Notes under the pieces: model-generated | What the model was told of the DNA's origin: nothing | Databases searched by the model: none | What the model saw: the letters and a program-made list of their open reading frames with translations, nothing else | Shown here: positions 55,710 through 64,000 of the stretch, one piece after another | Layout of the letters: each line of letters begins with the position of its first letter | Numbering within the stretch: the stretch's first letter is position 1 | Translations under genes and position numbers: made by a program | Source: Eledone cirrhosa | Lineage: Eukaryota | Direction of reading: 5' to 3' | Length of the DNA stretch: 64,000 bases | Assembly: GCA_964016885.1 (NCBI GenBank) | Contig: OZ024742.1 | Coordinates: forward strand, 97,898,001-97,962,000

Positions 55710-56515
55710 TGTAGGTAATCTTATCCTTAAATCAACAACCGACTAGGGCTTCATTATAGTAGGGGATACATTATCTAAATATGTGCTCATTTAGGTAAAT
55801 ATTCCTAACTAGATTTATGTTAATAGAGTGGTTATTGTGTACGTTAATGTCTTTCTAGGGAGTCATATGCTTTGAGGTAGGGATACGAATGGAAGGTGAA
55901 TAAGTTTACGGAGAAATGAAGGAAGTGCGCTTTAGTGGTGTTAGTTTGAATCGTTATTTTTAAGGTTAGGTTGTTGAAGAATGCGTGGAGGTTTTTCCTA
56001 AACCTGTCAGTGGTTCAATGATTCGCGATATAATCGTCGGCCTGTGAAATATCTTCTTAAATTATTTAGAATATAATTGTTTCTATTTTTGGCACAAGGC
56101 CAGCAATTATGCCAGTGCATTACTGGTACTTTATTTTATCGACCCCGTAAGGATGAAAGGCAAAGTTAACCTCGACGGGATTTGAACTCAGACCGCAATG
56201 GGACGTAACTCTATGCTGGGAAGCATGGTGTCTAACCCTCTACCGATACTGCGAAGAATATAATGGCCCGTGGTCGTTAATTGCTCTGTCACATGATGAA
56301 TTTGAAGGGAATGTTGGACTTCGGACTTCCTGTTAATCTAGTAAGATCACTCGGGGTATAGAAAGGTCTTCCACGCATGGAGGATGATTTCGCATTCCAC
56401 GCTCAACATATTGTTAATATTTTGGTGAGAGACAGCTCATCAACCAAGAGCTGTGTGAAGGAAGCAGACTAATCATCAATATCTAATTGTAAGAAGCAGA
56501 TATTATAACAACTTC
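55710..56515 (-). pseudogene. Decayed Penelope-like reverse transcriptase, interrupted by a SINE
   Basis: Manual translation of minus strand gives CFLQLDIDD, ECEIILHAWKTFL and EHIF..CIPYYNEAL...FKDKITY, resembling PLE RT core and thumb. Confidence 0.65.
56073..56252 (-). mobile_element. SINE (major family)
   Basis: Reverse complement of the consensus. Confidence 0.9.
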
Positions 56516-57516
56516 ACCCTTATTTTCTACTGGCTCATTTTTCTGATTCACTCCTCATTCTACATGCTCATTTGCCTGATCTACTCCACTTTCCATTTCC
56601 AGCTTAATCTCTCTAATCAATTCATGATTTCCTGATAAATTTGCGATTGTAACCTCAAACCATCCGACCGGTCATGGATATTTAAACGTAGTAAAGACCA
56701 TCTTTCTCCCGATATGAAAATATACATTTTCTTTTAGATAGAGATAGATTGAGGACAAATGGAATCAGAGATTCCATTGGTACTTTATCCGTCGACCTGT
56801 TAAGGATAAAAGGCAAATTTTACATTGGCAGAATTTGAACTCAGAACACAGAAAACAGGAAGGGATATGTCCAACGACACTGACAATTTTCAGCTTCATT
56901 GTGCTATTACATTCAGAATAAATAAAATATGTCATTAATATAATCAACAGCCAACAGCTTCATGGCTAATTGAAACTTAAAACTGTTAACATAATTTTAA
57001 TCTTTCAGAGTACATTTTGTAAAATTTAACAACAGATATTAAACAAAAGTGCTGGACATAAGTTCTTTTCTATTCACTCTGCGTGTGTATAAACGATAAG
57101 TAGCTCATTTCTGAATTTAATTTTCTTATGTTAAATTCTAGAAATAGAGCAATTGAAGGTAGATATTTACAGAAACAGAGAAAGTATTTCAAGGTTTTAG
57201 ACATTTCAGATGACCTTTATAGATTTTCGTTTAATTTTGTGGCAAGACCGCTGTATATAAAAGCGGCAATCGAATTCTACTGCCCTTTCATTGGCTACTT
57301 ATGATTATGTCATTTTTGTGTATATAATTACTACACGTGTGCGAGAGACTCATAGATATATGGCAGAATAATATATGAATTATTTAAACACACATACATA
57401 TGCACATTCAAACATCCGCACGCCAACATTATCTCCATGCTTTTAGTACTCCAATGATTAGTGATCTCCCTATCTCTTTCTATCTCTCTCCTCTCCACCC
57501 CCTCTCTCTCTTTCTT

Positions 57517-57549
<33 letters not shown>

Positions 57550-57644
57550 TCATACATATATGTATATACATATATATATATGTATATATAAATGTATATA
57601 TATGTATATATATGTATATATATATATGTGTATATATGTATATA

Positions 57645-57676
<32 letters not shown>

Positions 57677-57802
57677 AATGAATGTATATATAGTGAATTT
57701 GGTAATACACTGTATGCTTAATTAAAAGCATTTTGAAGACCTTACGCTACTGTTTTAAAGTAGTGACTGTGTCACTTCTTTTTTCAACAAACAAAGGGAG
57801 AT

Positions 57803-57848
57803 AGGCGGACAGATCTCTGTTTCATACTGTTGGTATTCCTCAGAGCTT
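57803..57848 (-). ncRNA. Hammerhead motif (core intact, stem I mutated)
   Basis: Minus strand: aagct CTGAGGA atac-caaca-gtat GAAAC agagatct GTC cgcct. Confidence 0.65.
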
Positions 57849-57927
57849 ACCACTTCCTTTGTCTGTTGAAAATTATGAATGTTGGATTCTTATAGAATTC
57901 CAGTAATAATCAGGAACTGATTATATT

Positions 57928-57973
57928 AAGCTCTGAGGAATACCAACAGTATGAACCAGAGATCTGTCAGCTT
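57928..57973 (+). ncRNA. Hammerhead motif (stems intact, GAAA changed to GAAC)
   Basis: aagct CTGAGGA atac-caaca-gtat GAACC agagatct GTC agctt. Confidence 0.65.
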
Positions 57974-58131
57974 ATCTCCCTTTATTTGTTGAAAAAAAAA
58001 GTAAGTGACATAGTCACTACTTTAAAACAATAGCGTAATGTCTTCAAAATGCTTTTAATTAAGCATACAGTGTACTACCAAATACACTATATATATACAT
58101 TCATATATACATCGACATTTCAGAGCACCAA

Positions 58132-58173
<42 letters not shown>

Positions 58174-58191
58174 CATACACACACACGCGCG

Positions 58192-58300
<109 letters not shown>

Positions 58301-58413
58301 TGGTCGGTAGTTTGAGGTAGGCTAATTCCTACACATGTGCATATGTTTCACAGAATGGAGGATTATTCTCACATTCAGCCAATCATACACATACATCGTA
58401 TGCGTTAACATAC

Positions 58414-58455
<42 letters not shown>

Positions 58456-58583
58456 TGTAGATAAATCTATCAAAATATACAGTAGTGTCCAATCCGTATG
58501 AAGAACTCAATGTAATCCAAATATCATGAAAAGAGAAGATGCATTCAAACATTTTCGATGAAAATCATAGGAAAACAGTCAAG

Positions 58584-58949
58584 ATAAATTAATAAAAACA
58601 ATGAAATAAAAACAGAGAACAAGTTCCTTATATTAAAAAAATCATCATTTTACGATCGTTTCTAGGATGTATATGTGTGTTGGTATGTATATCATAGAGA
58701 TCTATGTAAAAATATTACAAATTATCAGAGGAAATATATATACCTTCACATATACATGGTGTCTTCAGAAATAAAGACAGCATGTATATGTGAAGGTATG
58801 TAAATTTCCTCTGATAATTTGTAATATTTTTACATAGATCTGTAATATATACATACCAACACACATATACATCCTAGAAACGATCGTAAAATGATGAATT
58901 TTTTAATATAAGGAACTTGTTGTTTGTTTTTATTTCATTGTTTTTATTA

Positions 58950-58955
<6 letters not shown>
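58584..58955. repeat. Fold-back element (arms 58584-58765 and 58774-58955) ending at (AT)n
   Basis: ~180-bp arms, 8-nt loop, few mismatches. Confidence 0.92.
58646..58773 (-). ncRNA. Type I hammerhead motif with very long stem II
   Basis: Minus strand: tattt CTGAAGA [~100 nt including atgtatatgtg/cacatatacat] GAAAC GATC GTA aaatg; palindromic stem III ACGATCGT. Confidence 0.6.
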
Positions 58956-59016
<61 letters not shown>

Positions 59017-59252
59017 TATACATACATATATGTACATGCACATATACATTGGTGTTCGCACACACATACACACATGTACATAAATATATACATATACATA
59101 CTTACATACACACATATGGGTATATATGTATTCTATCTATATCTACATCTCTCTAGCTCTCACTTTATATATAAACACGCACACACACATACACACACAC
59201 ATATATATATATCTACGCGCGCGCGAATGTGTGTGTGTGCGTGTGTGTGTGC

Positions 59253-59319
<67 letters not shown>

Positions 59320-59936
59320 TGTCTGTGTGTGTTTGTGTGTTTGTGTGTAACCTACTGTCTTCAAACCGAAATGAAAAGACAAGGGAAGCCATAAGATAGC
59401 GAATGTAGGAGGGGAATTTTAAGTATAAGTAATTGTTGACATCACATAAATAAAAGGAAGGCAAATGTTTTCATCTCAAATGAATTACAAAGGTAAAATC
59501 AAAATTTGAAATGAAATTCGGTGATTAATTGTCCTGTGTTGTTTACTTTGGTTTTCTTGTAGTGTCAGCTTTTACGTTGAATTGTACTTAATGACTGAAA
59601 TCGTTAAATGCTTGAGAATCTCCTTCTAAATACGAATAGTCAGTGAAATTCGTGTACACATGTGTAGTAATTAGCTTCCAACTAATTATATATACTACAT
59701 AATGCATCTCCTGCTTACATCGTTGACTCTCATACAGAGTTTATCTTTCGTTTCGTTCTTAGAAGAAATTACACATACATTCTTAAAGTGCATTGATATC
59801 TACAGCTGGCATTGTTTCATGCAATCGTACTAGCAGTGCATACACAGATATTACGCTCGGTCGTATATATATATATATATATATATATATGAATGAAAAA
59901 TGGCGTGCCGCGTTGTTGCGAATGTGAACATATGAA

Positions 59937-60002
<66 letters not shown>

Positions 60003-60292
60003 AGTATACACATGCACACACACACAGACACACACACACACACACACGCATATATATATATACACACATCTACATCTCTCTAGCTCTCCATATCTTCGTT
60101 TATATATACTTCGTTTTTTAGTTTGTTCTGCAAGATTTCTTCTCTGAAAACATGTGTTGAAACTGATATTGTTATACATTGGGAGGTTCATGCTGCTAAT
60201 AAAAATACATGCACCTTATAGTTTTTACTTTAATTTATTATAAAATTCCGGTTCGTTGGTTGGGTCGATAACCGGATGGTTGTTTATATATT

Positions 60293-60335
60293 GTCAAAGC
60301 TCTTTCGCCACACATTCTGTGACCTCCTCAGTGAT
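60293..60335 (-). ncRNA. Hammerhead motif in a dispersed copy (~60246-60395) of the 15600-16230 family
   Basis: Minus strand: atca CTGAGGA ggtcacagaatgtgtggc GAAA gagctt tgac. Confidence 0.6.
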
Positions 60336-60561
60336 TAGATGTTTATGTTGTGTACCTCCTCTGTTCTGTCCTACACACAAAAACAAGATGTGTTGAACGG
60401 TTGAAAATATAGAGGATTTTCTTAAATATATATCGGCTGAGTAGACTCATTTGCATACCGAGCGAGTTGCGGCTTGCCTTACCGAATATTAATAATAAAA
60501 TTAGAATTTTATTTCTCGCGCTAGCACAGCGGATACATAAATGTAGGTATACGTATATGTC

Positions 60562-60661
<100 letters not shown>

Positions 60662-60778
60662 TCTATCTATCTCTCTCTATATATATACACACACACATAT
60701 ATATATACACATACATATGTACGAATGGGTTAAATCGAACATTAAGGGATACTCCCTTGATTTGGGATTATTATATTT

Positions 60779-60960
60779 GGCAGTATCGGTAGAGGGTCGG
60801 ACGCCATGCTTTGACGCAAAGAGTTACGGCCCTTGCCATTCTGAGTTCAAAACCCGCCGAGGTTAACTTTGCCTTTCATCCTTACGGGGTCGATAAAATA
60901 AAGTACCAGTAATGCACTGTGATAATTGCTGGCCTTGTGCCAAAAGTAGAAACAATTATA
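60779..60960 (+). mobile_element. SINE (major family)
   Basis: Full-length match to the other copies. Confidence 0.9.
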
Positions 60961-61783
60961 TTTGCTAAGGTAAATTTCTGTCGTATCTTGGCACCTTTAA
61001 TTTTATAATGCATTTCATGGCTTTTAAAATTATTTAAATTTAAATTTATATTTCTTATGTATTATGAATATGTTTCTCAGCTGAAAAGCTCAATGGACAT
61101 TTGTCTAGAGCATAAATTATTCAAGTTAAAAAGTATATACATATAGACATGTATCATCAGAGAAACAGTATTTTGTAAATATATAAAAAGCGTATCATAT
61201 TCAGGAATGAGTATATGATTTAAGGTGGAAATGTTATCTTCCTTACGGCTTCCGTTTCATAGCCCTAGAACCGGAGTGAAAATCGATCTACGCAATCGAT
61301 GATCGATTACCAACTATCTATTTTGTCATAGCTCCAGAGGACGTGCAACTAATCGTTAGAGGAAATTGTCTTATAATTTGCAATAAAGTACAAAATACCT
61401 TTATATCTGTTATGTTCCGAGATGTTGTCAATCCATACCTAGGGGTTTGAATTAACTTTAAAAGTGACGGTAGCTATAAATAGACTAGACGTGGCGTCCC
61501 CTAGATAGAGGTGCGATGTACCAGTCACAGCAAAAGCAGCTGAACAAATTAAAAATGTGGAGCAGATATATACTAATTTATGTTATAACGTATACAAGTA
61601 TGTATGATGAATATTTTTCCTAGCAGAAAGGCTCAATGGATGTTTGTCCAAAACATCAATAATTCAAATTTTAAAAAAATATGCATATCGACATGCATCA
61701 TTAGAGAAACACTTAGTAATTTGAAACGGTGGCCGTAAGAAAGTTAATAACATTTCCACTTTAAAGTATATGCTGTTGCTGAA

Positions 61784-61828
<45 letters not shown>

Positions 61829-61834
<6 letters not shown>

Positions 61835-63491
61835 GAGAAGAAAGAAGACTACTGCGTGGTTGCACATGGGTTACATATGATAAAAATAGTCCTTCGTCAG
61901 TGATTTTCCAACCATCATTGGTATTACATCGATTAAAAATCATATACCTCAGGTTGGTGCGAGCAATAATTAAAAAAAGTTATTGGGACCAGTAAATCGC
62001 GTAAAGTGAGGGGGACAAGTAAACAACATAGAAGGATAAAAGCAAACCAAAGAAAGGAAAAAAACAAGCAACATGGTAGTCCTGGCCAGCATAAGCTGGG
62101 TGGATTTCATGAGCGAAAGGTACAGACGTCCGACGTGAGTGAGATGTAAGCAAGAAGATACCCACTGTGAGCCAAACGGGAGGAAGTGAGAAGGGGAGAA
62201 ACAGAGAATGAGTGAGTGGAAGTGCGAGGAAGCGGTCAGTCGAGAGAAAGTGTAACTGACAGAGGGGGCGAAAGAAGGTGAGAGAAACAGAGAGAACGGG
62301 GAAGCAGTAAGAGAGAAACAGACAAACGCAGCCGAGGTAAATATATATAAAAAACATGAGAAGAAAGAAGAATACCTCGTGGTTGCACATGGGTTACATA
62401 TGATAAAAATAGTCCTTCGTCAGTGATTTTCCAACCATCATTGGTATTTCATGGCATTACAAATCATATACCTCAAGTTGGTGCGAGCAATAACTAAAAA
62501 ATGTTATTGGGACCAGTAAATCGCGTAAAGCGAGGGGGACAAGTGAACAACATAGAAAGATAAAAGCAAACCAAAGAAAGGAAAAAAAACAAGCAACATG
62601 GTAGTCCTGGTCAGCATAAGCTGGGTGGATTTCATGAGCGAAAGGTACAGACGTCCGACGTGAGTGAGATGTAAGCAAGAAGAGACCCACTGTAAGCCAA
62701 ACGAGAGGAAGTGAGAAGGGGAGAAACAGAGAGTGAGTGAGTGGATGTGCGAGGAAGCAGTCAGTCGAGAGAAAGTGTAACTGACAGAGGGGGCGAAAGA
62801 AGGTGAGAGAAACAGTGAGAACGGGGAAGCAGTAAGAGAGAAACAGACAAACGCAGCCGAGGTAAATATATATAATAAACATGAGAAGAAAGAAGAATAC
62901 TGCGTGGTTGCACATGGGTTACATATGATAAAAATAGTCCTTCGTCAGTGATTTTCCAACCATCATTGGTATTACATCGCATTAAAAATCATATACCTCA
63001 GGTCGGTGCGAGCAATAATTAAAAAAAGTTATTGGGACCAGTAAATCGCGTAAAGCGAGGGGGACAAGTAAACAACATAGAAGGATAAAAGCAAACCAAA
63101 GAAAGGAAAAAACAAGCAACATGGTAGTCCTGGTCAGCATAAGCTGGGTCGATTTCATGAGCGAAAGGTACAGATGTCCGACGTGAGTGAGATGTAAGCA
63201 AGAAGAGACCCACTGTGAGCCAAACGGGAGAAAATAGAATGAGTGAGTGTAAGTGCGAAGAAGCGGTCAGTCGAGAGAAAGTGTAACTGACAGAGGGGGC
63301 GAAACAAGGTGAGAGAAACAGAGAGAACGGGGAAGCAGTAAGAGAGAAACAGACAAACGCAGCCGAGGTAAATATATATAAAACACATGAGAAGGAAGAA
63401 GAATACTGCGAGGTTGCACATGGGTTACATATGATAAAAATAGTCCTTCGTCAGTGATTTTCCAACCGTCATTAGTATTTCATGGCATTAA
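61829..63491. repeat. Tandem array, ~506-525-bp unit x 3.2, from an (AT)n tract to a Penelope RT fragment
   Basis: acatgagaag recurs at 61831, 62354, 62879 and 63385. Confidence 0.95.
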
Positions 63492-64000
63492 TAATTGAAT
63501 TTGATAATAATGATAAACTAGCAAATTTCCTTGATATATCCCTTAATCTAGATACCGGCCTATATTACCCATATCATAAGGATAACGTGAACTTAAATTA
63601 CGTTAACTTTAAATCTAACCGCCCTAATAATGTTAAAAGTGCTATAGTCGAAAGAATAATTTCTAATTTATCCTCTAATAGAGATATCTTCGAAGCTAAT
63701 GCCAATTATTATAATAATGCCCTATCTAGGGCTGATATCTAAACAAAATTAGGTATACTAAAGAACCTGACCTTGGCAGAGCTTATCATAACTCTAGTAA
63801 TGTAGCTAGTAATAATCATGCTGCTAACAAAAGGAGGAGACTTAGATATAAAAAATGTCCTTTGGTACAACGCTCCCTTCTCTCTTCGTTATTAATAATA
63901 TCCCTAAATTATTTTTTAGGGCATTACATAACAGCTTCCTTCCTTCACATATATATAGCAATATTTTCAATAGGCATACTATTAAATTCTCGTATTCTAC
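63492..64000 (+). pseudogene. 5'-truncated Penelope-like RT (thumb and linker), continuing beyond the window
   Basis: NFLDISLNLDTGLYYPYHK...YVNFKSNRP...SNLSSNRDIF...YYNNAL, then WYNAPFS and IFNRHTIKFSYS. Confidence 0.85.

Larger units (their letters stand above)
57677..58104. repeat. Fold-back element between (AT)n tracts (arms ~57677-57849 and ~57927-58104); same family as 46650-46835
   Basis: Arms pair with scattered mismatches; each arm carries a hammerhead motif. Confidence 0.9.

Noticed and set aside
61829-63491. Hammerhead in the ~520-bp units (CTGACGA on the minus strand of each) and the repeated 136-152 aa ORFs
   Set aside because: No correctly placed GAAA, stem III or stem I found. 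The ORFs arise from pyrimidine-rich composition and have variable frames.

Overview
AT-rich animal (eukaryotic) DNA made almost entirely of repeats, with no host exon I can support. The SINEs and the density of (AT)n, (CA)n and (AAT)n microsatellites resemble an octopus/cephalopod genome, but that is an inference. Most ORFs in the track are translated microsatellites. Real coding remnants are all from transposons. There are three near-full-length but frameshifted Tx1-clade L1-like LINEs on the minus strand (one in (GATA)n, two in (AAT)n) and one truncated copy. Two Dong/R4-type RLE LINEs on the plus strand are chained with them through (AAT)n spacers in a ~17.6 kb array. RTE, CR1-group and Penelope fragments, a Helitron-like element, a hAT-like MITE and about 15 SINE copies are also present. 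The most striking signal is in the short 'unique' islands between (AT)n tracts. These are mostly fold-back hairpins or partial tandem arrays, and I can fold about 15 minimal type I hammerhead ribozyme motifs in them, from at least 8 unrelated sequence families. Most point outward towards the (AT)n tract, and the fold-back point often lies in the ribozyme itself. This suggests a population of non-autonomous, ribozyme-bearing, microsatellite-targeted Penelope-derived (retrozyme-like) elements. All folds and alignments were done by eye and need computational and biochemical confirmation.
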